Shown: positions 49,248 through 62,899, numbered from the stretch's first letter. The stretch is DNA of 64,000 nt from Octopus sinensis (GCF_006345805.1 NC_043007.1:11594001-11658000), one strand, 5' to 3'. Numbers and translations: made by a program. The notes: generated by a model from the sequence alone, not told the origin.

Positions 49248-49436
49248 TATAATTTAGGGTATCTAAGAGATACCACCACGCTGGAAATAGCAGCCAAAAC
49301 TTGAATCTAAAACCACATTAAATGCTCATACAGTACCTTCTCTCCTGGTGCTGTATGAACATTTAATGTGGTTTTAGAGTCAAGTTTTGGCTGCTATTTC
49401 CAGCGTGGTGGTATCTCTTAGATACCCTAAATTATA
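49248..49436. repeat. Fold-back element anchored in (TA)n
   Basis: Arms of about 88 bp (to 49337 / from 49347), 9-nt loop. Confidence 0.9.
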
Positions 49437-49549
49437 ATTTTAATAAAAATTATTACCTTTGAAGGTTTTTATTCCCATGCTGGCCACTTGATAAGATCGA
49501 TATTTAAATTAACGATCTTCTCCTTATTTATATAAGTTTATATATATAT

Positions 49550-49822
49550 ATAAAATTAGAAATAAAACCACCTTTTATCAATTCAAAATGAACAATTAAA
49601 TTACACCATCTAGAAAATTACATATAATAGAAATATTAGAATTAAAATAACAATAAAATACCAATTATAGACGCTTTTATTATTTTTTTGCAATTTACTT
49701 AATCATTGGTATTTTATTGTTATTCTAATTTTAATATTTCTATTATATGTAATTTTCTAGATGGTGTAATTTAATTGATCATTTTGAATTGATAAAAGGT
49801 GTTTTTTTTCTAATTTTATATA
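49550..49822. repeat. Fold-back element anchored in (TA)n
   Basis: AT-rich arms of about 115 bp (49551-49665 / 49705-49820). Confidence 0.9.
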
Positions 49823-49937
49823 TATATATATTATATTGTTTGAAATTTGATTTAGTATTTCTAAATTGAATTTTTTCCCTGTAAGTTAGGATTAATATTC
49901 CCTCAAATAATAATTATTATTATTATATATATATATC

Positions 49938-50215
49938 ACGTGACCGACCAGACCATCAGATGTTGCTACACATCGCTGGTCACAATGCATTGTTTTAGCC
50001 TTCGAATGACGCCACCCCGCTGGCTAAGTGACCAGGCCAACAGAAGAAAGAGTGAGAGAAAGAGTGGTGAAGGAGTACAGCAGGGATCACCATCCCCTGC
50101 TGGAGCCTCGTGGAGCTTTTTTAGGTGTTTTCACTCAATAAACACACACAACGCCCGGTCTGGGAATTGAAACCGCGAGTCCACTGCCCTAACCACTGGG
50201 CCATTGTGCCTCCAC
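49938..50215 (-). mobile_element. SINE family C (different tail)
   Basis: Reverse-complement head gtggaggcacaatggcccagtggttagggcagtggactcgcgg. Confidence 0.8.
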
Positions 50216-50726
50216 GTATATACATATATATAAATTTGGGAATATTGGCATTGTATATAGAAACCCCATAATTCCTGTTTTCACTTTCATCTCAGTAGTT
50301 TATAGTCATCTATCACACAAATAAATTATGCAGTCTTCTAACATACAGTCCTAATTTATAACACTTGAGATGCTATTTACCAAAGTGAAAATTATGCCCA
50401 AGCACACACAAATACAACACAGAAAGAAGCAGGAGTAAACAGCAAGGAGTCTGTTTGAAGAAAAACAAGAACTATCATGTCTCCGCCAGTTAGTGGTGTA
50501 CTGTGTCTAAAATCTTTGGGAGGCATTCAGAACAAGTGGATTGAAAGGGAATTGGAATCCATGACTCATGGCTTACTGCAGAAGGATGTAGCTTATCAAT
50601 ATATTGAGTTTTTTTCTCTCAGACTTTTGTGACCTGGTTCAAAAGCATGCAACAGATTTTGGCTGTTGCTAAATTCATCCAAATTGCCAGACCATAAATT
50701 TTCTATTTTTGAACGCTGATGTAGTC

Positions 50727-51617
50727 GTGGGCATGGCTGTGTGGTTGAAGAAGTCCACTTTGTATTTGTATGGTTCTGGGTTCAATCCCACTGTGCGGCA
50801 CCTTGGGCAAGTGTCTTCTTCTGTTGCACTATAAGCTCTAGGATGCCAACAAGTGCCATGTGAATGAATTTGGTAGACGGAAACTGTGTAGAAGCTTGTC
50901 ATATTTGTATGTGTGTGTTTGTTTGTGTGTGTGTGTGTATTTATGTATATATGTTTATGTATATATGTATATGTTGCATGTACACATATATATACACATA
51001 TATATGCATATATATATATATATCCACACACATACATATATATATATGTCCTTGTATATATATATATATGTATGTGTGTGTTTGTATTTATGTATATGTT
51101 GCATGTACGCATATATATACACACACATATATATAAATATATATGTCTTTGTATACATATATATATATGCGTGTGTGTGTATTTATGTGTATATATGTAT
51201 GTATATATGTATATGTTGCATGTACACATATATATATATATATATATCCACACACACACTCACACACACATATATATCTCCTTGTATACATATATATGTA
51301 TATATATATACATATTATATGTATGTGTATATATAAATGTGTGTGTGTGTATGTATTTGTATATATATGTCTTTGTGTTTGTATTTGTCTTCCACCACCA
51401 CTTGAAAAGTCGTGCTGGTTTGTTCATATCCCTGAAACTTAATAGTTCAGCAGAACACATGAAGGGAACACACAAAGGGAACAAGTGCTAGGGATGAATA
51501 AAAAAAAAAAAAATAAATAAATACACAAGTATCAAGATCAATTCGTTAAACTAAAACCCTTCCAGGCAGTGCCCCAGTATGACCACAGTCCAAAGACTGA
51601 AACAAATAAAAGATAAA
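50727..51617 (+). mobile_element. Degenerate SINE A with a strongly expanded central microsatellite
   Basis: Head 50727-50900, about 470 bp of TA/TG repeats, tail about 51385-51617. Confidence 0.75.
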
Positions 51618-51627
51618 GCATAAAAGA

Positions 51628-51670
<43 letters not shown>

Positions 51671-52010
51671 ATATGTATAAAATGGATGTGTGTAGTTTTT
51701 CGCTTCCTTAACCACTGGGAAATTCTGAAGAAGATTTGTTTGTTGCAATTCTTGGACAGCAGCACGAAGCCATAATATGGCACAAACAACAAGCACTGCA
51801 CACGCATGCATGTACACCTTGACTTGCATTGTCATGTTGATTAAGCCTAAGAATTTATGTTAAGAGTACAAGTGTCATTGAGATACTTAGCCACTTAATA
51901 CTAAGATGCATTGAGTAAATTTGAGTAAGTAGGTCCAATGCTTCGACACATGAAGCACTAGTTGAACAAAACCAACGGGAGAGTCCATGAGATGTATATG
52001 CATGTATGGC

Positions 52011-52065
<55 letters not shown>

Positions 52066-52078
52066 AAGCTCATATACT

Positions 52079-52112
<34 letters not shown>

Positions 52113-52343
52113 GGCATACATACATATATATAGGTATGTATGTATGTATGTATGTAATATATATATAAGCATATATGCTTATATATACAACCCGTGCTAG
52201 CATGGAAAATGGACATTAAACGATGATGATGATGCATATATACTTACTTATACATACATATATATCTATATGTATGTATGTATGTATGCATGTATATATG
52301 TATAAACATACGTACTTATATCTATATGCATATATACTTACTT

Positions 52344-52382
<39 letters not shown>

Positions 52383-52388
52383 CATACA

Positions 52389-52422
<34 letters not shown>

Positions 52423-54038
52423 CATACATATATATATAAAACATAAATGTATATATAAATGTGTGTATATACATGTGTATCTACAAATATGTATTCATAT
52501 GTGTATACATATGAATGGATATCAATATATTCATATGTTGTAATACATATATGTGTGTGACTGCACACTCACACACACACACACACACACACATACACAT
52601 GTGTTTATATGGTTTTGTTTTTGACATTAAATGACATCAATTACTTTTATTTGTAGGTTCAAGTTGTCGAGCAGACATGATGTTGGCCTCACTTTGTCAG
52701 TATTCTGCCCAGACGTGATATTTCTAGGATATCAGCTCTTTCCAATGAATACTGCACATGGTTTGGTCAGCCAAATGCTGGCGTCAGATAGTTGACATTC
52801 TGTAATGTGTGGATTTCCTGTTGGAATGGGATGGAGGTAGGCAGGGCGATCAATTTGGTGTCAGGATACATATGAGTCTGTATGAATAACATGAATAACC
52901 ATAATAGGCTGTAATCCTCATGGGAGAGCAGGGATTTACATATCTTTCTATCATGGGTGGGGTGAAAGCATATGACCTAATGATTGGGGTGTTGCACTCA
53001 TAGTCACCAGATCAACAGTTTCAATTCCCAGAGTGTTGTGTTCTTGAGCAAAACACTTCATTTCAAATTGCTTCAGCCAACTCATCTATGAATGATTGAC
53101 CCTGCGACAGACTGGTATCCTGTTCAAAGGCCATGTTGTGATCTCAGTAACTTGTATGCCATGGAAATTGGGTTACCAAGCTCTATGTGTCCTTGGTCTC
53201 AAGATAGTGCTTACATTGTACATGGCTCTGTTTGACTGAGAATGGTATGAAAATCCATAATATCTATTATATAAAATCTGTTCTGTCTGTCTGTGTGTCT
53301 TCTAGGATCTTGGGCATCCTCCATTCGATTGCACTCAAATTTGATATGTAGATACTGACGGTATCAGGGTGATTATAAGTCTTGAAAAAATTACAAAAAT
53401 CGATTGTGTTCTCCCAGTCAACAGCCTTATCATTACTGGTATTTTAAACTCTTAAGTTGCATATTTGTGTGAATAAAATCGTTTTTCTTTGGAATAGAAA
53501 AAAAATCTATCTTTATTTCTTCTTTTGCTGGTGTCTCAAATTTTGGTTAAATCAGTGTTTCTCAAAAGGGAGGCCTATGGGATGGTTGGACAAGTTGTTT
53601 TGAGAAAATTTGGTTCAAATGTTTGACAACTCAACACGTGTAAATTATAAAGTGATATTTTGAAGTGGTTAGACGGACTTAGCATCTGTCTTCAGCATAT
53701 AGGCATAGAAATCTCTGTGCCCTTAATTATAATTGTATTTTATACTATTATAAATATATATATCTACATATATACAAGCACACACATATATATATACAAA
53801 TATACATATGTGCATATACATATATACACATGCACACACATGTATACACATATATATGTATGGATATACACACACATTTATCTATACACACACACACATA
53901 TCATCATCATCATTTGATATCCCTTCTTTTTGCTGGTATGGGTTGGACAGTTTGACAGGAGCTGGCAATACCAGGTTCCATTGTTTGTTTTGAAATGGTC
54001 TGTTTCTACAGTTTGATGCCCTTCCTGACACCAACCAC

Positions 54039-54069
<31 letters not shown>

Positions 54070-55819
54070 TTTTGTCTACCCATTGTCTCGGCATTGTTTG
54101 TTTATCAATTAAACGATGTTACCATTGTATAAATATTGGTTTTTATCTGCATCTGCTGTGAAATCATGCCTGGGTTTTTGGTGCCTGAAAAACTAGGAGA
54201 CATAGGCTCTTGAATGGAAACAAATGAAGGTTGGTACTTGAAAGGGCAATCAACCCTAAAAGACTTATCTCATTGAGGTTTGTCTGTCTCATGCTTTTAT
54301 GGAAAATTGGATGCCAACATGATGATAACAGTGATGCAGTGGTGGAGGAGAGAAAAATTTTAGTTTGCTTAAGCATATATTTCAGTGACTTTGATAGTAT
54401 TATATCTTTCAATCTTTCATAGACTTAAAATTTCTTTAACGTTAAATTTCCATTGTTAATACAGGATTATAAAATGGTCGAAATAAGAAATTTTCGTCGG
54501 CTCCAATCTTTTGATTTGATGTCTAGACGTTGAGTTATTTTCTTATGAATGCTTAAATGGTCTCCCCACTGTCATTGTCAGTCTCCATTTATTTCACTGA
54601 TTCATTCATTTATTTCCTGATTCAGCATGAAAATGTATTGACATTTTCTATTTGCTGCCTTGGTGCATCGTCATCGTCGTTTCCTATCTCCACCTATCCA
54701 CCCACACCGTCGCCACCTATCACCGCCACCACCACCACCACCACCACCACCACCACCGCAGTGTTGTCTCTTTAGATATTATCCAAAAATAACATAAATA
54801 TGATGTAATATTAATATTAATATTTACTTCAATCTCTTCGGTTGGTTTTTATTGTTTTAAGTATTTTCATTATTGTTTTTGTTTTTTTTTTCGGGGTAGT
54901 TTTTTTGTTTTTTTGTGTGTGTATTCAGTGCAGGAAATTAGTTTTAATTTGTAGAGATTTGATTATTTCCACTAGCATTTAAATTCTATTCTATTATATT
55001 TTACTTGAGATTTATTTTTGAGATATTACAGAATTTTCTGTGTTTTTTTTTCTCCTTCTCAGCTCCCACCCCCTACCCCGCCAATGTCTTCCTGCTTCAA
55101 GGCAAAACAAGTGTTTTTAGTTTTATACTTCAAGACTTTGCTTTCCTTATTTTCTTTTTACTAATATTTTAGTTCATGTATCTCTTCACGTTGGAATCAA
55201 CTTAGTTCAGTGTCTCTTTTATAGACATTTGGGAACTACAAGGACATATCTGTTTCCATGTATCTTTTTGGGGTTTTTTTTCTATTGTTCTAATTTTTTT
55301 TTTTCTCTTTTGACTGCTGTGTCAGTAGTGAATGCAACACCGACACCACCACCATCAACAACAACAACAAACTAAATAAATAACAACAACAAGCTGAATA
55401 AATACTGTCAGTTCAGTTCATTTTCTCTTCATCTGTTTTGCTTTCATTCTGCTGCTCTGCACTGAATCAGCAGGTTTCATTAAAGAAACAACAGTTTTTA
55501 TATATAAAATAACTCATCATATTTCAAAAACAAATTAAAAAATAGAAATAAATGAAATAAAACACTAACAATTCCCACCGTTTTTCCACACCCCACCCTC
55601 AAATATAAAACGAAAATAAAAAAAATTAATATACATAGTTGCGGGCGTGGCTGTGTGGTAAGAAATTTGCTTCCTAATTAAATGGTTCCAGGCTCAGTCC
55701 CACTGCGTGAAACCTTGAGCAAGTGTCTTGTATTATAGCCCGAGGCTCACTAAAGCCTCGTGAGTGGATTTGGAAGACAGAAACTGAAAGAAGTCTACCT
55801 TGTGTATACATATGTGTAT

Positions 55820-56122
55820 ACACCCTGGGAACAAATTTTTCACAAACTTTACACATGTTCAGTCTTTCATGAATAATTCTGTGTATAGATGCCCCACCAA
55901 CTTCAAACTGTATGTTTATTGTCTTTATAGGTGCATAAGGTCTTTGTCCAGAAAATTTTGAATTTTCTCAACCAGCTTTGATGCTCTGACATTTCTCTCT
56001 CTCCCACAACTCTCATCATCTCACCTCCTCTCTACCATCCTTAAACACCCTGTGCCAGCATAAAACAGATGCCCAGCTTATATGAGTTAATCCATAAGCA
56101 GTTTGGAGCATTTTATAAGTTT
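55820..56122 (-). pseudogene. Mariner transposase N-terminal (HTH) remnant
   Basis: Peptide TYKMLQTAYG..SWASVLCWHRVFKDGREEVR* resembles the mariner motif MLxxAYG..SRxxVxxWHxRFKxGRE. Confidence 0.7.
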
Positions 56123-57335
56123 GTAGTGGTGTCTGGTCATGGGGAAATATTGCCTCACTTGGAAACAGATGAAGGTTAGCAACAGGAAAGGTATCCAGTC
56201 GTGGAAAAAAAATCTGCCAATCTACCTCAACAAATTCCATGCGAACCATGCAAACATGGAAAAATGGATATTAAAACAATGATGATGTTGATAATTATTC
56301 TTTATCTGCATCTCTGTTTGTGACTAGTTACAATTTCTAAAATGTTTCAGAGAATTTTGAATCTACTTAATAAAAATTATGTGGAAGTCGGCATTTCTAT
56401 GGATTGCGAGAGAACAGCAATGTCATTGGCTTTAAACTTTATTACTAATTTTATCAAATTATTTCTAAAATTTTATTTTAAATTTTATTTTTGAAGTTTC
56501 CTAGAATTGTTAATAGAAATGTTGATTTTTGTATTTTTTCTTTGTTTTTTGTTTTTTTCTTTTTTTGGTCAATTTTTATAGTTAGCATAAAAGGAAGTTG
56601 GAATTATAGCTACAAAGGAAGTTTGAATTTCAATAGAAAATTTCATAACTTGTCCCCTCCACACACACACACACACACACACATACACACATGCTATACT
56701 ATTAGTTCTCAATATGTCTATCTATTACTATAAACCATTCACTGAAAAATATGTACAAATTAAGGAAGAACTTTGAAATAATGGTGAGGCAGTAAATGGC
56801 GTTGTGTGAAAAATCATTAAACCATAATTTCAAGATACATAAGGTTTTATTAATAATTAAATAACAATAACGACAACAACAACAACAACAGCAAAAAGAG
56901 AAAGTGCTGTGTTTGTTGGAGACTATTAAAGCATCAATATGCAAATCTAAAAAAATGAAACTAGATCTAAAATGAATATGCAAATCTAATTAATTAAAGG
57001 ATGTCAGATAATGAACAGAAATTATGCTCACTTTAAAATGGCAAGTTCCCCCCTCCTTCAACACTACCATCATCACCATCATCATCGCTGTTGTAACTGT
57101 ATTAATTTATTGTTTGTTTTTTGTTTTTTTTAATGTGTTGATGTGATCATTTCTCTAAATTTGGTTTGTGTCTTTGTTTGTTTTGGTTGGTTGAGGTTTT
57201 TTTTTTTTTTCCATTTTTTTTTAATGCTTTTCATGAATTTTTACATCTGCTGCATTCTGACCCTTGTAAGTTATTTCGATGATTCTGTTGGGAATTGAAC
57301 TTGCGAAAGAGAAAAGGAGAAACAAAAGAGAGAAT

Positions 57336-57395
<60 letters not shown>

Positions 57396-57939
57396 AGAGA
57401 GTAGAACAGAATAGAAATGGAACAGAACAGAACAGAATAATCAAACAATGTAAATATTTATAAAAACATTCCATCAAAGAAACGAAAATACTGACAAAAA
57501 AGAAAAAAAAAAAAAAAAGCCATCAAGAAAGGAAAAATGGAAGAATGCATGGAATAAGAAAGACCATGTGATAAATGCTGAATACACATTGTAGTTATTA
57601 TTATAACCAACAAACAGATGTAAATACCATTCCTTTTTATCCTTTCAGCATTTAAGATATTAATGGAAAATATGATTGTGAATATTCATTGTATAAATTT
57701 TATTACCTGGTTTAGATAAAGTAACACAAGGTTAGAAGAGATTTGATTAGTATTTCTGGTTGTAGATGAGCTTATATATTGCATGTGTGTGCGTGTGGTG
57801 GTGGTGGTGGTGGTGGTGGTGGTGGTGGGGTTGGGGAGAGTGGGTTTGTGTTTGGTTGTATTAACTCTTTTGATATAAACGATCTGCCTGATATTGCCCT
57901 TGATCCTGTAATGCGAGCTTCCGGTTTTAAAGTACTATT

Positions 57940-58270
57940 TAGTTACTTGTCCTTCCAGGAGCATTCCCCCGGGGTGGGTCGAGCCAGATCTGACCAGCGA
58001 GTTAACCACATCCATCACAATCACAAATGCTGACCACATCTGCTGGTTGGTTGCAGATGATGTAGATGCTGTTGCCATTGTCATCTTGAGCCACCTCCAA
58101 TCATTGAGTTCACCGTGACCCTTGCTGCAAATGCTGATCACATCTGACAGTCAGCTGTGGATGATGTGGACATTGTAGCCATAGTCCTCTTGAGCCAGCT
58201 CCAACCATTCAGTTCACCGCTGATCATATCTGATGGTTGTCCACGGATGACAGTCATTTGCATTTGAGGT
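57940..58270 (-). mobile_element. RTE-like LINE 3' fragment with an internal duplication, inside a TTAA-type MITE remnant
   Basis: Peptide ending MWSAFV..STHPG homologous to 22460-22790; segment of about 110 bp repeated. Confidence 0.6.
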
Positions 58271-58394
58271 GTAGAGTTCATGTTCAGAGTTTTAAAATGA
58301 TGTAACTTAAAAGTTCCCATCAAAATTCTATGTGAATTTATGTTCCAAGCACTAGCATAATAATCCTTTTTACTATATAGGCACAAGGCCTGAA

Positions 58395-58740
58395 ATCAAA
58401 ATCAAAATCGATCAACATCAATGGAAATTGCAGCTGTGATACCAGTGCCTGTGGTACGTAAGAGAACCATCCGAATGTAGCCGTTGCCAGTGCTTCATGC
58501 CGGTGGCACATAAAAAGCACCATCTGATCGTGGCCGTTTGCCAGCCTTGTTTGGCACGTAAAAAGCACCCACTACACTCACGGAGTGGTTGGCGTTAGGA
58601 AGGGCATCCAGCCGTAGAAACATTGCCAGATCAGACTGGGCCTGGTGCAGCCTTCTTGTTTCCCAGACCCCAGTTGAACCGTCCAACCCATGCTAGCATG
58701 GAAAGCGGATGCTAAACGATGATGATGATAATGATGATGA
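58395..58740 (+). mobile_element. SINE-like family E
   Basis: Long copy with the complete ccaacccatgctagcatggaaagcgga..(GAT)n tail, nested in a B fragment. Confidence 0.8.
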
Positions 58741-59400
58741 GCTAGTCAATTACATTGACCCCAATGCTTAACTGGTACTTATCTCATCAGCCCTGGAAGG
58801 CAAAACCAGTCTCAGCAGGATTTGATCCTGGAATACAAAGACGGATGAAATGCAATACTACCACTTTACCATCTTGAACACCAGCAATAATGACAAATTT
58901 ATTTTACTAAAAGCTTCATTATTTTCAAAAGGAAATGAAACAAAGATTCTCTCAGTTTTGATACCTTATGATAAAGGCCAGGAATTCTGTCTTCTCTATA
59001 ATTCTGAACTACTTTTTATTCTTTTTTCTAAAATTCCCCTTTTAAACATGGTTATAGAGCATGCATACCGATGTAAACATTGGCAGAAACACACCTTTAG
59101 TTCATATAAGTGATATCTATCATTATATATAATTTACACATTAATTTTCTTCTTACATTTCACATTCACTGGATATATCTTTTTCACCAGATTTAAGGGT
59201 TTTATTTAATTTACATATCGTTATATACTTCTCATTTATTTGTTTTTTTCTTTCCTTTATCCCTCCTCTTTCTATAGGCTACTTTTGACATTATATCCTC
59301 TAATGTTTTTTTAAAACAAAATTAATAGTAAACAGTTAATCACTATACATATCCATCATATTCTGTTAAAATGTCTTATTGGCAAGTTTCATTTCTTCAT

Positions 59401-59485
59401 TTCCCTGAAGGGAAGATTACATTGTTTTACACCATTTTATTCCTTTGGAATAATACCAGTGATATCTTCGAAACATGTATCGGAA
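59401..59485 (+). ncRNA. Degenerate minimal hammerhead motif
   Basis: TTCC CTGAAGG GAAGAT..ATCTTC GAAACATGT A TCGGAA: helix II GAAGAT/ATCTTC, palindromic ACATGT, GTA triplet; A9 changed and helix I out of register. Confidence 0.4.
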
Positions 59486-59679
59486 GTAAAAGAATTTGAA
59501 TAACACCTACATTTAACTCTATTTATTTATATGTATGTATGTATTTATATATATATATATATATATATGTAGAGAGTTCACGAAATATATATATGTAGAG
59601 AGTTCACGAAAAAAACAAACAAAAAACGAAGACAGGTGGTATATAAAACAAGCAGATGTATTAGTATAACGCTCGTCTG

Positions 59680-59748
59680 TATGTAAATGTATGTATGTAT
59701 GTATGCATGTATGTATGTATATGTATGTATGTATATATATGTATGTAT

Positions 59749-59788
<40 letters not shown>

Positions 59789-59801
59789 GTATGCATGTAT
59801 G

Positions 59802-59854
<53 letters not shown>

Positions 59855-60340
59855 GTGTGTATATATATATGTGTGTATATATATATGTATGTATATATAT
59901 GTGTGTATATACATATGTATGTATGTATATATATATATGTATGTATATATATGTATATATATGTATATACATGTATATTTATATGCAAGTGTATATATAT
60001 ATATATATATATGTATATAAATAATATATACGTAATTGTGTACGTATGTATGTATATATATATATATGTGTATATATATGCATATATATGTATATATATG
60101 CATATATATATATATATGCATGTATATATATGTATGTATATATATATATGCATATACATATGTATATATAGATGCATATACATATGTATATATATGCATA
60201 TACACATGTCTATATATGCATATATATATCTACATATATGCATATATGTGTGTATATATGTATAAATATGCATGTATATGTATATATATGCATATATATG
60301 TATACACATACACACACACACATATTTATATATTTATATA
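59680..60340. repeat. Long compound (TA)/(TATG)/(TGCA) microsatellite
   Basis: Seen directly. Confidence 0.95.
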
Positions 60341-61949
60341 TACCGCACAAACACAAATTATATCAAGAGATCAAGTTTAAGAAATAATTTTTTTTCCGTT
60401 TGTTCTGTTTTGCTGAGAAAGAGAAATGACTCTTTAAATATATCTCAAGTTAAGTTTCTGGCTTCAGGCATCGTAAGAATGTAAAGATCCTTTATCATTT
60501 GTTAAGAATTGTATAATTCAGCATTATTGATCTATCTACACTGCTAGATTTACAGGAAAGACATAGAAAATCACAACCAACACCTCCATCAAATAAAAAA
60601 AAATACACGCGTACACACACACACGCAAAAAAAGATGAAAAAAAAAACCATTTTCACAGATGAAACAAAAATAATTTCAGAAGTGGAGAGAAAGGCTTAG
60701 TGTTTTGTGATATTTCAACGAGAGACAAGTGAAGCGTGAGAGTGCAATGAAACTCTAGCTTGCCTTCCATAAAGCTTTATAGCATTAATGATAAAAGAAG
60801 TGGTAAATCAGTATATTTTTTTGAAGATGTGAAAGGAGTTTTAAACGAGCATTCATTTCTGGTAGCGACTTTGGAATTTTCTCCTATATACAGACGAACA
60901 ACAGTTGCTGTGAGTCACTCCTTGCATGCATTTAATTTTACACTTATATCACGTTAAAAGCTGCTGGGAACTGAAATCTATTCCACAGTATCTGTTTTTT
61001 GAAGAAATATTCTACCACAGAACACAATTCTAGAAAAGAGTTTAGCAACTGTTCATTCATTCTATACTAGCTTTACAATTACTTTCAGTATCTGTTTGTC
61101 TATTTTATGAATAGATTCCTGTTTTTAAATATATTCTAGTTTTATAACTGAGAAACCATATCCTTTCTCACCTCTCTCTCTTTCTAAAATAAAACTTATT
61201 TAACAGTTCGTTTTGAGTATTTAGTTGCTTTTTAAAGTTTGTTGCTTCTTCAATAATGTATTTATCAATTTCTGTTGCTCTCATCATCTCACCATTCTAC
61301 AGTGTAGTATCAAAGATAAAATACTTTTGGCCATTTACAGCACAACAATATTTGTTTCAAAACATGATTTTAAATTAAAATTCCCATCAAAAATAAATGC
61401 ATGCATGTTAGTATATATATATATATTTACTTATATTCTATTCTGTACTCAATAGTCACTCACACAAAATCTAATCTCATCTCGTAAATAAATGTGTAAA
61501 CAGTGGAGTTTTAAAGTATTATTGTTGCCTATATCATACAGATGGTATGTGCACTTAAACTAAAAAGGTTAACTTTTAATAAATGGCTTTGTTGTTTTTA
61601 TTTATGTTTTTTTTTTTAGATTAAAACCAGAAATGAATAAGCTAAAGGGATTATATTGTTAAAGAGTACAATCTAATATGACAGGGAAATGGAGTGTAAG
61701 ATCCTTTATGCTAACAGGATTAACAGTCTCACTTTTTAATGTTGTTTGTTTTTTTTGTGTTTTTTTTTTTGCTGCAAGATTTTTAGATCAGTTTCTTTTT
61801 CTGATTAAGAAAATAAAATACTATAATTTTCTTTTAATCAGAAATTTAGAAAAATATATATCTCGTGTTTATTTTAAATTAAATTTATATATTTTGAAAA
61901 GGATGTTTATTTTTAATTGTAGTATATTCTTACTATGATTCCATTCTAG

Positions 61950-61966
61950 ATTAAATCTTGGTGCAG
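61950..61966 (+). other. Candidate 17-nt microexon
   Basis: ttccattctag|ATTAAATCTTGGTGCAG|gtaagg, strong donor; not frame-preserving alone. Confidence 0.3.
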
Positions 61967-62204
61967 GTAAGGTGTTATTCCTGACAACTATGCAGTAGCA
62001 GAATTTGTCATTTTCTACAAGTGAGAAGACACAGAGGAAAGAATATAAAGACAGGAACCTCAATCTATTGGAACAAGTTTCCAGTGTAACTGAGTTATAA
62101 TTATGTTAGGTTTAGCTTTAATATGATGGTGATGATACACATCCAAATTTGAAGCAGAATCTAGGGCAACTGATGCCGCATTTCAAGTGAGATAACTATA
62201 ATTA

Positions 62205-62365
62205 TCTGTGTGGTTGGCATTAGGAAGGACATCCAGCTGTAGAAACTCTGCCAGATCAAGATTGGAGCCTGGTGCAGCCATCTGGTTCACCAGTCCTCAA
62301 TTAAATCGTCCAACCCATGCTAGCATGGAAAGCTGATGTTAAACGATGATGATGATAATGATGAT
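62205..62365 (+). mobile_element. SINE-like family E, 3' part
   Basis: gtggttggcattaggaagg..ccaacccatgctagcatggaaag..(GAT)n. Confidence 0.8.
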
Positions 62366-62557
62366 ATATATATATATATATGTAAAAGTGAGATCCAAGG
62401 ATCCAGGTTTAGGAAGTTTGTAAGCCTCAAGCAGTCCATAGATGGTATAAAAAACAATTCTCAGGAACAACAGTGGTTTGTTGGTGTAGAAGGTTGTAAA
62501 TTTTTCCCATATCAAAGCTCAATAAGCTGAAAAAGTAATCATTGTGTCAGTTGGCTG

Positions 62558-62782
62558 TTAACCCTATAGCATTGAACCTGATCATATCCGGCCTAAATTT
62601 TCTACCAGTTTTATGTTAAAACAGACTAAATCTGGCCTCTCACACCTTATCATACAATGTCTTTCTAGAACTAAGCAATCACATCATGAAAATGTCTTTG
62701 CTTCAAAATAATGTATGATTCATTCGAAATAATGTGAATAAATAAGCATTACATTTAACAGAGAAACCTGCTAAAGGGTTAA
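62558..62782 (-). mobile_element. piggyBac-like MITE, subfamily 2 (inverted)
   Basis: TTAA-CCCTATAGCA ... TGCTAAAGGG-TTAA. Confidence 0.8.
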
Positions 62783-62899
62783 GGCATCCCTCACATTTAT
62801 ACAAAGGCATTTATACAAAATGTAGAGTGAACAATATATATGAGGAGTGTTATATAACTATACTGCGTGGGTAGGAGCATTGATTGTAAAAAAAAAATC

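Noticed and set aside
50340-50640. Possible LINE endonuclease remnant
   Set aside because: Only faint motif resemblance; too degenerate to support.
52657-52800. Acceptor ttttatttgtag followed by a short open frame
   Set aside because: No convincing donor or recognisable peptide; may be a decayed repeat or UTR.
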